Shown here in pieces: positions 8,729-19,900 of a DNA stretch of 64,000 bases. How positions within the stretch are numbered: the first letter of the stretch is position 1; each line of letters begins with the position of its first letter. This DNA is from Oceanispirochaeta sp. (lineage in GTDB: Bacteria > Spirochaetota > Spirochaetia > DSM-2461). The stretch is from positions 736,001 through 800,000 of the forward strand of contig CAXXOA010000002.1 of NCBI GenBank assembly GCA_963666275.2, in the 5' to 3' direction. The notes under the pieces are model-generated. The model was given only the letters and a program-made list of their open reading frames with translations, was not told where the DNA came from and did not search any database. Both the position numbers and the translations under genes were made by a program.

Positions 8729-9622
8729 CTAATTCCCGAATATCCCCGCCTTCCTGTAGGCTCCGGGAGAGACTCCTCTGTATTTTTTAAATATTTTTGA
8801 GAAGTGGTGGCGGTCATAGAAACCCAGGGCCTCGGCAATGGATTCTATGGAGTCTTCCTTATGGTCCAGCCGGATGCAGGCCTCTTCAATTCTCCGGCCG
8901 TTTATGTACCGGCCGGGGCTCTGCCCCAGTTTTTCATGGAAAAGTTTTTCGAACCGGCTTACCGACAGGTTCGCCGCTGCTGCCAGATCCTCATTCCTGT
9001 AGGAAACAGAAAGATCCTCTTCGATAAGATTCAGAACTCTTGTTATCCTTGCATCATTGATCGGCAGTGTTTCCGCTCCCGCTAGAAACTGGCTGAGAGT
9101 AAACCCCAGGGCTGCGTGGATTCTCAGCTCCAGATCCAGGCTCGGGTACTCGGGGTCATGGGCTACATCCCGGCCGATACTGCTGAAAAAATCCTGCAGT
9201 TCCGGACTGACGGACATCTCTCTGACCTGATTCCGGATCGCATCGATCTGCGGTCCCAGATTGAAGTGGATAAAAAGATGATCCATCCTTTCCCGGTCCT
9301 CCCTGTATCTGCCTCGGGGTTCCCCTATAAGTTCATAGACCTTCTTCAGATCTGGCGATACGTTATACTCTCCGGTAAAATCTGTCTCCGGCGCAATAAG
9401 AAGGACCTTTTCAGGGCCCAGGCTGTAGGGCAGTCCTTTATGATGAACAGTTCCGCAATGTCTTCTGTTCCAGTAAAGGCGCCAGTAGGGAGACTTCTGG
9501 TGAGAAATATTCCACATCTGAAAAGACCACTCCCGGCAGCAGTGAATCCGGAGAGACAAGGCTGAAAAGTGCTGTTTCAGGGGAGAAGGGTCTCCGCTAT
9601 GGGGATTATTCCGCAATCGCAT
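8729..9622 (-). CDS. AraC-family transcriptional regulator
   Basis: C-terminal double HTH (DLAAAANLSVSRFEKLF...IAEALGFYDRHHFSKIFKKYRGVSPGAYR); divergent from the isomerase gene. Confidence 0.9.
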   Translation of the reverse strand: MRLRNNPHSGDPSPLKQHFSALSLRIHCCREWSFQMWNISHQKSPYWRLYWNRRHCGTVHHKGLPYSLGPEKVLLIAPETDFTGEYNVSPDLKKVYELIGEPRGRYREDRERMDHLFIHFNLGPQIDAIRNQVREMSVSPELQDFFSSIGRDVAHDPEYPSLDLELRIHAALGFTLSQFLAGAETLPINDARITRVLNLIEEDLSVSYRNEDLAAAANLSVSRFEKLFHEKLGQSPGRYINGRRIEEACIRLDHKEDSIESIAEALGFYDRHHFSKIFKKYRGVSPGAYRKAGIFGN

Positions 9623-9746
9623 AAGGGGAAAATAGTCTAATTATTGGTCTTTGACAACGTTTTTGTACATAAAATAGATTTAATTATACATATCTCTTCA
9701 GAGGATGAGTCGGGTATAGTCAGGGATAGATAATCAGGAGGATAAA

Positions 9747-11387
9747 ATGTCTTCAAATACAAAATTTTATTTAATTGCCAACGGTGACCTCAGAGAGTCC
9801 GCAAATATTGCCGGATGGCCCGAGCAGAGTAAACTGGAAGCTGATCTGATAGGGATTTTCAAATCCAGAAATATTGATGTGGTAAGAGCACATCCCGTAA
9901 GCGGTGGACATGGTTTCATAAGCAGCCAGTCCATGGGTAACGAAGTGATCATGGCTATTCCGGAAGGTGCCACTGTGATCAGTGCTCATGCTGTATGGCA
10001 GTACAGCCACCATGTCCTGGGAGCTCTTGTTCAGAGAAGCGATCTGAAAGTGCTGACCATTGCCAACTTTGACGGAACCTGGCCCGGGCTTGTCGGCCTG
10101 GCCAACCTGAATGCCTGTCTTGTGAAACACAACAGGGAGTTCTCAACAATCTGGGCGGAAGATCTGAATTCCGACGAGGCTCTGGCAAGAATCGATGAAT
10201 TCCTGAATACCGGGAAGGTTGTCTATTCCAGCGCTCATATTCACCCCTTTGATCCCTCCGGAGCTGATCAGGAACTTGTAAAAATCGGCCGGGAAGAGGC
10301 AGACAAAGTCAGAACTCAGCGCCGCATTATGGGTTACTTTGACGAGATGTGTATGGGAATGGAGAATGCCATTATCCCCAACTCTCTCCTTTATCCCCTG
10401 GGAATCGGAAAAGAGAACCTGAGTCAGTCCGCTCTCTTTGCGGAGATGACGACCATTGATGACGCGGAAGGGGCAGAAGTGATTCAGTGGCTCCGCGACA
10501 AAGGGATGCAGTTCAAAGTCGGAACAGACGGTACGAAAGAACTGACAGAACAGCAGCTTACCGAGCAGGGTAAAATGTACATTGCCGCTGCCAGAATTGC
10601 AGATCGTTTCGGTTGCGATGTGATCGGTATCCAGTACCAGCAGGGACTGAAGGATATCGCTCCCGCCTCTGACCTGGTGGAAGGTCTGCTGAATAACCCG
10701 GACCGTCCCCCCGTCAAAGATACCGAGGGCAATATCATCCGGGACGGTCAGGCCATTCCCTGTTTCAACGAAGTAGACGGCGGATGCGCTGTAGACTTGA
10801 TCCTTTCCCATGAGATCTGGAACCGTTTCGGTGAAGATCCCTCAGCCAACCAGGAGGATATCCGCTGGGCCCGTCAGTACACAGGTAAAGCAGTTACCAC
10901 TGAGGGAGAAGTGGAATACAGCAATGAAGATATCTGGGTGGAACTCCTTTCAGGATCCTCTCCTGCCAGCCACTTTGAAAGGGGTTATGCCGACGCCATT
11001 GGTTTCAGACAGAACCCTGTGTTCTTTCCCTACGGCGGAGCTACCCTTTCGGGAGTCGGGAAAGCCGGAGAAGTTGTTATCAGCCGTGTCTATATTGCCC
11101 GCAACGGAAAGCTTTCCATGAATATCATGAGAGGAAAAACCGTGACTCTGCCGGCAGAGGAAACTCAGGACCGTCTGGATAAAACTGATCCCAGCTGGCC
11201 TATCAAGCATCTGATCAGATACGGTGTGGACAGGGATGCCATGCTGGGTCATCCGTCCAACCATGAGACTATCCTGTACGCTTCCTCTAAAGAAGCGGCG
11301 GATAAACTGGCTCTGGCAAAAGCTGCCATGGCCAAAGAGCTGGGACTGGATGTATTCCTCTGGGGAGATCTGGGAGAGCTGGTTTAA
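9747..11387 (+). CDS. L-fucose/L-arabinose isomerase-family protein
   Basis: GDLRESAN, NFDGTWPGLVG, GIQYQQG, FNEVD and SNH motifs typical of FucI-like Mn-dependent isomerases; AGGAGG RBS. Confidence 0.75.
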   Translation: MSSNTKFYLIANGDLRESANIAGWPEQSKLEADLIGIFKSRNIDVVRAHPVSGGHGFISSQSMGNEVIMAIPEGATVISAHAVWQYSHHVLGALVQRSDLKVLTIANFDGTWPGLVGLANLNACLVKHNREFSTIWAEDLNSDEALARIDEFLNTGKVVYSSAHIHPFDPSGADQELVKIGREEADKVRTQRRIMGYFDEMCMGMENAIIPNSLLYPLGIGKENLSQSALFAEMTTIDDAEGAEVIQWLRDKGMQFKVGTDGTKELTEQQLTEQGKMYIAAARIADRFGCDVIGIQYQQGLKDIAPASDLVEGLLNNPDRPPVKDTEGNIIRDGQAIPCFNEVDGGCAVDLILSHEIWNRFGEDPSANQEDIRWARQYTGKAVTTEGEVEYSNEDIWVELLSGSSPASHFERGYADAIGFRQNPVFFPYGGATLSGVGKAGEVVISRVYIARNGKLSMNIMRGKTVTLPAEETQDRLDKTDPSWPIKHLIRYGVDRDAMLGHPSNHETILYASSKEAADKLALAKAAMAKELGLDVFLWGDLGELV

Positions 11388-11439
11388 ACTGATAAAAGAA
11401 TTAACGCCTTTTTTCATTTAGAGCTATAGATTATGTGTA

Positions 11440-11465
11440 AAAGCACCTCTTTCGGGAGGTGCTTT
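11440..11465 (+). terminator. Intrinsic terminator hairpin
   Basis: AAAGCACCTCT-TTCG-GGAGGTGCTTT. Confidence 0.75.
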
Positions 11466-11612
11466 GCTTATACAGGAAAAAGCTTTGAAGCTATTTTTAC
11501 CATATCTGATAGGAATAAGGCATTTCAGGCTTTTCCTGTAAGATGATTTCTCGCATGATAAAGATAGAAATACTTCTGGATGACAGGAAGTTCCTTCTCT
11601 TATATTTAGAGT

Positions 11613-12734
11613 ATGAACAACAGAAGTTACAATGAACTTTTTGCTTCTGAGTATCTCCGGGGAGAAAAAATCCACTGGGAGATCAACTGAATTATTTATC
11701 CTGTTCTCCTTCTTATGAGCATACTTACCTACCTGTTTCAGGATAATAAAACCGCAGGGGCATTCGGTATGGGCCTTGTGGGCATCAACATACTCTATAA
11801 CGGATTTATGTGGTATTTCATCTATAAGAAGAAGCCGGTGAGGATTCTGAGTTACATTATGATGACTCTCAATGTCCTCTCTCTTACCGTATATAACTAT
11901 TTTGATGCCACCTATAATTCGCCGGTCCTGACGGCCACATCCGCTGCTATTCTGATATACCCGATCCTGATGTTTCTGGCTTCTCTCAGAATGGACAGGG
12001 TACTAGTCTGGTTTACCACACTTCTCAGCTGCACCATGATGAATCTTCTCTATTTCAGGTTCTACAGTTCCTTTCATCTGGGAATGGCGGAAACAAAGAT
12101 TTCCGCAGACTGGATCAGTCAGGGATTCAGGACTGTTTTTCTGGTCGTGCTGGGATATCTGATTACGACAGTTCCGGCCAGTATGCGGCGGATACTGGCC
12201 AAACAGGATGAACTGAGAAAGGAAGGTACCCTTCATAAAATGAAGGCTCAGAGGGATCCTCTGACCTCTCTCTATAACAGGTACTTTCTGGAGGAATACT
12301 TTAATAGCAGTGTGGAAAATAATGAGGAGCCGGGCCGTAAATATGCCCTGCTGTATATCGATCTCAATGATTTTAAAATAATGAATGATACCCACGGGCA
12401 TGACTTTGGAGATTTTGTTCTCAAATCGGTTGGAGAAGATCTGAAACGGGCTGTCCGGGACGGGGATATTGTTGCGCGTATCGGCGGAGACGAACTGGTG
12501 GTGCTCTTTCAGCTGGAGTCGAATACGGAAGTTGTAAAGGCTCTGGCCCAGAGGATCTCGGATGCTATTAAAAGACCGCGCACATTTAACGGGATAACCA
12601 TCTCCGTGAAAGCAAGTATCGGCGTTTCCCTCTTTCCTGACCAGGCGGCGGATATGGAGGAATTACTGAAAAGAGCTGATCAGGCCATGTATAAAATCAA
12701 AAAGGAGAAGAAACACGGGGTCGCTTTTGCCTGA
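11613..12734 (+). CDS. Membrane diguanylate cyclase (GGDEF); 5' part interrupted by an in-frame TGA at 11688-11690
   Basis: Multiple TM helices, DPLTSLYNR, YIDLNDFK, RIGGDEL. ATG 11613 is in frame with the track ORF (11715) and reads MNNRSYNELFASEYLRGEKIHWEIN*IIYPVLLLM. Confidence 0.8.
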
Positions 12735-12938
12735 TCCATTTTTTTAAGGACCCGTGTTATAATCATTTTGATTGAAAGAGGGATAAAATTCATAATCAAG
12801 GTTTCTCCCATGAGGTGTAGAGGTCTATAGATCGGATTCAGGAATCCATCATAGACACTCTTTCAGGCGAAAAGACAAAATCCTGAAAAATAAATTTTGA
12901 TTGATCATTAAATTCCAATCCGGTAATCTGTTAGTACC

Positions 12939-14024
12939 ATGAAGCTTGTACTGACAGACCGTGAACAAAGGATCATTTCCAGTCTTTACAAAGACATTGC
13001 TGATGAAAGATTGAGCCCGGACAAATTTCTTCATGCCTATCTAAAAAAGGCGGGATCACTCCTTCAGGATGATTTTCATGCGGCTCTGGTGTTTCCCAAT
13101 TCTTTTACCACTGATATTCAATCTATCAATAATAATCCGGAAGATTTTAATGATTTCTATTTTAAACATATGATGGATAAGGATTCTGTACTGAATGCTC
13201 TGATGGAGAATCCGGGCAGGATCAGTTATCTGAGGGATCAGGAAGACCAACAGCATCTTGCCGAGTTTCTTAATGAATGTCATAGAATCCGTCCCACAGG
13301 AGATTACTGCTATATTCCCATACTCTATCACAAACAGCTGATAGGCATGGTGGGCCACACTCTCCCTGAAGGGGAAGACCGGAAGTTCGGCGAAAGGGAG
13401 ACTCAGCTCCTGCAGCTGATTCTTCCCGCTCTGAATGCCGGCATTGTCTCCCATACCATGCAGGAGAAAGTCCGGATACTTTCCGAGTATTCCATGGGAA
13501 ATGCAGAAGATAAACTGGGGTTTCTCTATATCTATGAAGATGGGGAAACGGAAGTTCCCATCAACGGGAATATTGTACTGCTGGAGGAGATATTTCAGTT
13601 TAAGAAGCAAAATAGGCAGAAATTGCTTAAACATCCGGTTATAAACTATCTTGTTAAATCTCTCAAGAATTCCAATAGCCCTGTCATCTGCTGGACGGAA
13701 AAATACGGAAATAAAACCTTTATTTTCCGCATACTGAATAAATCAGGTTCGTTCCGGTTCGGGAAGGAGCTTTTTGCCCTGATCACGATAGAGGAACAGA
13801 AAGGGGTCTACAGTTTTGATAAATTTCAGAAAGAGTACTATCTGACGCCCAGGGAACTGGAAATTTCTCAATACATTATCCGGGGAGTCAGAAACAGGGA
13901 AATTGCCGAATCTCTTTTTATTTCCGAGGCAACAGTCAAAAGGCATTTGTCAAATATTTTTGAGAAAACCGGCTCTCAGAACAGGACCCAGCTGGTTCTG
14001 CAGCTGACAGGCACACAGGAATAA
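12939..14024 (+). CDS. LuxR-type HTH regulator with N-terminal GAF-like sensor region
   Basis: LTPRELEI...RNREIAESLFISEATVKRHLSNIFEK. Confidence 0.85.
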   Translation: MKLVLTDREQRIISSLYKDIADERLSPDKFLHAYLKKAGSLLQDDFHAALVFPNSFTTDIQSINNNPEDFNDFYFKHMMDKDSVLNALMENPGRISYLRDQEDQQHLAEFLNECHRIRPTGDYCYIPILYHKQLIGMVGHTLPEGEDRKFGERETQLLQLILPALNAGIVSHTMQEKVRILSEYSMGNAEDKLGFLYIYEDGETEVPINGNIVLLEEIFQFKKQNRQKLLKHPVINYLVKSLKNSNSPVICWTEKYGNKTFIFRILNKSGSFRFGKELFALITIEEQKGVYSFDKFQKEYYLTPRELEISQYIIRGVRNREIAESLFISEATVKRHLSNIFEKTGSQNRTQLVLQLTGTQE

Positions 14025-14079
14025 GAAAAATCCATTATATGTGCCGTGTTCTGACACAGGGAAACTGTATATTCAGAGC

Positions 14080-14334
14080 ATGAACCAGGATATAAGCCAT
14101 TTGATTCAGTATTGTATTGAAGATCTCTACAGTTCCGTCCGGCCCGAGTATGAAAGCTGGCAGAGAACAGAATCACCCTATCCTCTGGAAGACCCTCTTG
14201 GATGGCTCTATCTCAGTACCACTGAGGATATCATAAAAAAAAGGATGCTCGACGCGGGGATTGAGCCGGAACTCTTTGACGATATCTACTTCGCCATCTG
14301 CTGGGAGATCAGGGAGCAGGGCATGGCCGGCTGA
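14080..14334 (+). CDS. Small hypothetical protein
   Basis: Acidic 84-aa ORF from ATG 14080; no family recognised. Confidence 0.5.
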   Translation: MNQDISHLIQYCIEDLYSSVRPEYESWQRTESPYPLEDPLGWLYLSTTEDIIKKRMLDAGIEPELFDDIYFAICWEIREQGMAG

Positions 14335-14603
14335 AACCTGAGCTCCTGTCTTCTGAAACTGCATGGGGGGAGATCCGGCCATGGGATCATGACTCCTTTG
14401 GCACCGAAGGTTTCACCCCCTGCCTGTTTTTGTAATTTTTTTTTAATAGATTAAGAGAACATCTTTTTTGAAGTTAAAACAGAACCCATTTTTTTTTAAA
14501 GACCACCGATTCCTCATGTTGTTACGGTTACATTGCTGAGAATCCTTTACATTTTTCTGATTTAGTCAGTAAATGGTGTAGATATAAAGAGGAATTAAAA
14601 AGA

Positions 14604-15764
14604 ATGAAGAGTACAATTTTAATAGTAGATGACGAGCAGTTGATCCGGGAGCTCTTATACGATTTTTTAAGTAAATCCTATAACGTGATTTTATGTGGAA
14701 ACGGCTATGATGCGTTAATGGAAATTGAAAAGAATTCCATTCAGCTGGCCCTTGTTGATATAAATATGCCGGATATGAATGGACTGGATTTCATTCAGAA
14801 AGCCATAAAGATAAAAACTGATATCTCTTATATTGTCATTTCAGGAAACAGCCATATTGATTCCGCCATTGATGCTCTTCATTGTGGTGTATGGGACTTT
14901 ATCAGAAAACCTTTTCATGACCTGAATTCCATCAGAAAAACCATTGATCAGGCACTGTCTCATCAGGAACTTCTCAATGAGAATTTCAAATATAAACAGG
15001 ACCTGGAACAAATGGTTTTAGAGAGGACCAGGGATCTGGAGAGCAGAACTCTCGAACTGGAAGAATCCCGGTCGTCGATCATTGGTATTCTGTCCAGGGC
15101 TGCTGAATATAAGGATTATGAAACAGGTCAGCACTTTGTCAGAGTCGCCTTATATTCTGAGCTCATCGCAAAAGGTCTGAATTTAACCGAAGCCGAAATT
15201 AATGTGATCAAAGAAGCGGCTCCTGTTCATGATATCGGAAAAATAGGCATACCCGAAAGAATTCTTCTGAAGCAGGGCAGACTGACTGATGAAGAATATG
15301 ATGAGATGAAAAATCATTGCCTTTACGGAGAGCAGATTCTCAGCAGCCGAACCTCCCTGTTTAAACCCCAGCGCAGCGATGTCCCTTTTTCGGAAGAAAA
15401 GATCTTTTCCCATACTCTTCTGGATGTGGCCGCAAAGATTGCAAAGTCCCATCATGAAAGATTCGACGGCCAGGGGTATCCCTCGGGGTTGAAGGGCTGT
15501 GAGATTCCTCTGGAAGCCCGGATTGTTGCTGTGGCTGATGTCTATGATGCTCTCGGGACGAATAGAACTTATAAAAATGCATGGACAGAAGAAAAGTGCC
15601 GGGAATATCTGCATACCAACAGCGGAAGTCAGTTTGATCCTGATGTGGTCAAAGCCTTTTTCAGCAATATTGATAAAATAATGGATGTAAAAAAATCCTA
15701 TGTTGATCAGGTATTTACAGGTTCCTCCTATTTGAACAGGGAAATTACCTATACTGTTCTCTGA
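14604..15764 (+). CDS. Response regulator with HD-GYP c-di-GMP phosphodiesterase domain (RpfG-like)
   Basis: REC (ILIVDDE, VDINMP), ETGQH, HDIGK, HHERFDGQGYP. Confidence 0.92.
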   Translation: MKSTILIVDDEQLIRELLYDFLSKSYNVILCGNGYDALMEIEKNSIQLALVDINMPDMNGLDFIQKAIKIKTDISYIVISGNSHIDSAIDALHCGVWDFIRKPFHDLNSIRKTIDQALSHQELLNENFKYKQDLEQMVLERTRDLESRTLELEESRSSIIGILSRAAEYKDYETGQHFVRVALYSELIAKGLNLTEAEINVIKEAAPVHDIGKIGIPERILLKQGRLTDEEYDEMKNHCLYGEQILSSRTSLFKPQRSDVPFSEEKIFSHTLLDVAAKIAKSHHERFDGQGYPSGLKGCEIPLEARIVAVADVYDALGTNRTYKNAWTEEKCREYLHTNSGSQFDPDVVKAFFSNIDKIMDVKKSYVDQVFTGSSYLNREITYTVL

Positions 15765-15867
15765 TTGTCTCCTGTCCCTGTTTTTCCGGTAGGAAACCCG
15801 GCCGGAACTTTTCTTTTCCTCTCACAGTTCTTTTGCTTTCAAAAAAAGAAATGCTTACACTTTGTGT

Positions 15868-16913
15868 ATGAGTTCTCAGCAGAAAAAACAAACCATCCTT
15901 GTTGTGGATGATATGCCCGACAATATCTCACTTCTCTCGGGTATTCTTTCAAAAGAGTATAGAATCAAAGCCTCCAATAATGGAGCGGATGCCCTGGAGC
16001 TGGCACGAAAGACCCCCCCGGCCTTATCCTGCTGGATGTGATGATGCCCGGGATGGACGGCTACGAGGTCTGCCGGCAGCTGAAATCTGATCCCCGGACA
16101 AAAAATATCCCCGTCATTTTTGTTACGGCCCTGGGAGACATTGAAGATGAGGCTCTGGGGTTTAAGATCGGGGCGGTTGACTATATTACAAAACCGGTGA
16201 GCCCTCCGATTGTATTGTCCCGGGTCAGAACCCACCTTTCTCTTTATGAACAGAATAAAAATCTGGAGGAGATGGTTGCCAAGAGGACTGTCGAGCTGCA
16301 GCATAGCCGATTTGAAATCATACGCCGCCTCGGAATGGCTGCGGAATTCCGGGATAACGAAACAGGACGGCATGTTCTGCGGATTGGATTTATGGCAAAG
16401 ATTCTCGCCCTGGCCATGGGAGTGGAAGAAAGAGAAGCGGATATTTTTTTAAACGCCTCGCCCATGCATGACGTGGGGAAAATTGCCATTGCCGACAGTA
16501 TTCTGCTCAAGCCCGGGCTGCTTTCTCCGGAAGAAAGAAAAATCATGGAAGAGCATGCCATGCTGGGGGCAAAACTGATAGGGCAGCATCATGATGATCT
16601 TCTTGCCGTAGCGGCAACTGCTGCTTTGACCCATCATGAGAAGTGGGACGGTTCAGGATATCCTCAGGGGCTTAAAGGGACGGATATTCCTCTGATAGGC
16701 AGGATTACAGCCATTGCTGATGTTTTTGATGCCCTGACCAGTACAAGACCCTACAAAGAGGCCTGGCCGATCGAGAAGGCTGTGAATCTTATTAAACAGG
16801 AATCGGGGAAGCATTTTGATCCGGAGCTTATTCCTGTCTTTATGGATAATCTGGATAAAATAGTGGAAGTGATTAATCAGAACTCTGATGATGAAGCCGT
16901 GGATATGCTATGA
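15868..16913 (+). pseudogene. REC + HD-GYP response regulator frameshifted at a C7 tract (16013-16019); real lesion or sequencing error
   Basis: ATG 15868 gives MSSQQKKQTILVVDDMPDNI...ELARKTPP; the rest (GLILLDVMMPGMDG...HHEKWDGSGYP) is in another frame and one extra C joins them. Confidence 0.85.
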
Positions 16914-19900
16914 AATTGCGCAGGGTGTTCCTTGTCGGACTGGTGGCTTCCATGGTGATTTTTATTACTGGGCAGTATTTTATCATTTACTCCATTCTGA
17001 GAAAGGGATTTGAAGAAAGAGAGAGCCTTGAACTCCGGATGGATCTTGAAAGGGCTTCAGAGCTCATTGCATCTCACATCGTTCAGATCGATCTGATGCT
17101 GAAAGACTACGCCACCTGGGATGATACCTGGGAGTTTGCAGATGATCTTAATGCGGAATACAGGGAGGAAAATCTGGACCTGGAGTATTTTTCCGGTATA
17201 TCCCTGATTTCCCTGTTTTTTCTGGATAATCAGAATCGGATTATCTATTCGGATGCTCTGGATATTCCGGAGCTGTCATCAGGGGTCATTAAAGACAAAG
17301 TCGCTGCTGTCACGGATCTTGATTTTCCGCTTGTTGATGAGAGTTTCGGAACTGAAGGCGGGCTTTTCGCCCTGGGAGATTCCGAACTGGGCATTGCTGT
17401 TCGGAGACCGGTTCTGAAAAATTCCGGAGAAGGCCCGCAGAGGGGCTGGATGATTTTTGTAAGCCTTCTGGGGAGAGATCAGCTGAATGCGTATGAAAAA
17501 CTTCTCGGATATTCTCTGAATATCAGGGGACTGCGGCCCGGGGATGAGATGAAGAGCTCCGACAGGGGGATTCTCCTGGAAAGGGAGAGGAACAGTATTA
17601 CCGGTTCGATCCCGATTTCCGGCCTTTCCGGAACTCCGGTGGCTCTGGCCTCGGTTCAGAAATCCCGGGATTTCTATTTCTATGAACTCAGTCTTCTGAG
17701 GAAGTTCTATTCCCGGGTTATCCTTTTTCTGGCGGTCATAGGATTCCTTGTCTACTATTTCCTCAGCCGGAATATTTTCTACAGGATTGAATCCTTCCTC
17801 AACCAGGTGCGTTCTATCACAAGCAGGGGAAATTCCGCAGAGCGGACGACTCTGAAGGGGAATGATGAAATCGGCGAACTCAGTGTTACAGTGAATGCCA
17901 TGCTCGACTCGATAGAAAATACTGTCTCTACAGTAAGGGAAAAGGAGAAGCTTGAAAGTATCCTTGAAACCAGTCCCATCGGTGTGGGGATCTTTGTCGG
18001 TGAGGAAGGGAAATACGTCAACTCCGCCATGAGGGGACTGGGAATCCATCTTGGCATCAATGAGCGTTCTCTCTTTTTCTATCCCGAGCAGCAGAAGGAG
18101 TTTATGGATATCCTCCGGAAAAATGGTTTCTGCCGGAATTTTGAAGCCAAGTATATAACTCCTTCGGGAATCCGGGATGTCCTTGTTTCGGCCTATACCC
18201 TGGAGTATGAGGGCGAGCAGGCTGTAGTGGGCTGGCATGTGGACATCACCAGCAGGAAAGCCATAGAAGATGAGCTGGCTCTGAGCAAACAAAAATATCA
18301 GCACCTCATAGAAGAGCTGGGATCCTATTTTATGATTTACAGCCATCAGGTGGATGGGGAGCTGCTGTTCATCAGCGAAGGCATTTATGCCATGACAGGA
18401 AAAACCCGGGAGGAGGTTCTCGGTCAGTCCTGGCAGGATATATTTGACTGGCAGCCCGGAGCTGTTGAAACCGCTAATGAAAACTTCCGGAGCTTCATGG
18501 AGGGCAGCTGCGATTTCAGGCAGTTTGAAATGGACTTCAGACACCCAGACGGTACCATCCGGACTATCAGGAACTCTGCCCATCCTCTGCGGGATGAGGA
18601 GGGTGAGATCATTTCCTTCGACGGACTGGTAGAAGATATCACCGATCAGAAGAAGATGGAGAGGGAGCTGGAGCAGAGCAGGCTGAAGTACCAGCATCTT
18701 GTAGAAGAACTGGGCAGCAGCTTTCTTATATACAGTCATGCTCTGGACGGTACATTCCTTTTCGGAAGCGAAGGTTTCAAGTCCATTTTCGGAATGGATC
18801 CGGAAGAAATTCTGGGACAGAAATGGATGTTCTTTATCAACTGGCTGCCCGGGGCCATCGAAGCCGCCCAGGAAAGCATTGAAGGTTTTGTCAGTAACCA
18901 GAGTAATAATTTCCATCAGTTTGAAATGGATTTTATCCATCCTGACGGTTCGGAAAGAACCATCCTGGTCTCCAACCATCCTGTCAGAAATAAAGACGGA
19001 AGCATCCTTTCGGTCGATGGGATTGTGGAAGACATCACAGACAAAAAGATTATTGAAAAAGAGCTGGAGGAAAACCGCTTCAAGTATCAGCGTCTTCTGG
19101 AAGATCTGGGCAGCAAGTTCCTGATCTACAGCCATACTCTCGAGGGAGAGTATCTTTTTGCCAGCCAGGGTTTCAAGTCGATTTTTGACCTTGATCAGGA
19201 TCAGCTGAAGGGACGGAACTGGGCCGATTCCATCGACTGGCTTCCTGAATCCATTGAGAAGGCGAATCAGACTGTACAGTATTTTCAGGAGGATCCGGAG
19301 CATAACTTTGCTCAGTTTGAGATGACATTCATTCATTCAGACGGGAGTGAGAGGACTGTCCTGATTTCCAATCATCCTGTAAGGGATGAAAAGGGAAATA
19401 TCCTCAGCATTGACGGACTGGCTGAAGATATTACAGAGAGGAAAAAGGTGGAAAAAGAACTAGCCCAGGCAAAGGAAGCCGCGGAAGAGGCTGCCCGGGT
19501 GAAGGCGGAGTTCCTGGCCAATATGTCTCATGAAATCAGAACTCCCATGAATGCCATCATAGGACTGACCCACCTGGCCAAGCAGACGGATCTGAATGAG
19601 AAGCAGTACGGCTATATCTCCAAAGTCAGCCGATCCGCAGAGAATCTCCTGGGAATCATCAACGATATTCTGGACTTTTCCAAAATTGAAGCGGGAAAAA
19701 TCGAACTGGAGCATATCAGCTTTTATCTGGAGGATGTGTTTGATCACATATCAAATATTCTGGGTTTGAAAGTCGAGGAATCAAATCTTGAACTGATGTT
19801 TGATGTGCCCGGTGAAATCGATACCGCTCTGATAGGAGACCCCTTAAGGCTTGGTCAGGTCCTTCTGAATCTGGGATCCAATGCGGTAAAATTCACCGAA

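Noticed and set aside
11688..11690. TGA read as selenocysteine or as Trp (genetic code 4)
   Set aside because: It sits at the start of a TM helix with no redox motif or evident SECIS hairpin, and many intact genes in the window end in TGA.
17279..19336. 685-aa antisense ORF, and similar long shadow ORFs such as 32930-34222, 52699-53787, 56612-57634 and 40461-41393
   Set aside because: Each lies opposite a well-supported gene and has no recognisable motifs; explained by codon bias on the coding strand.
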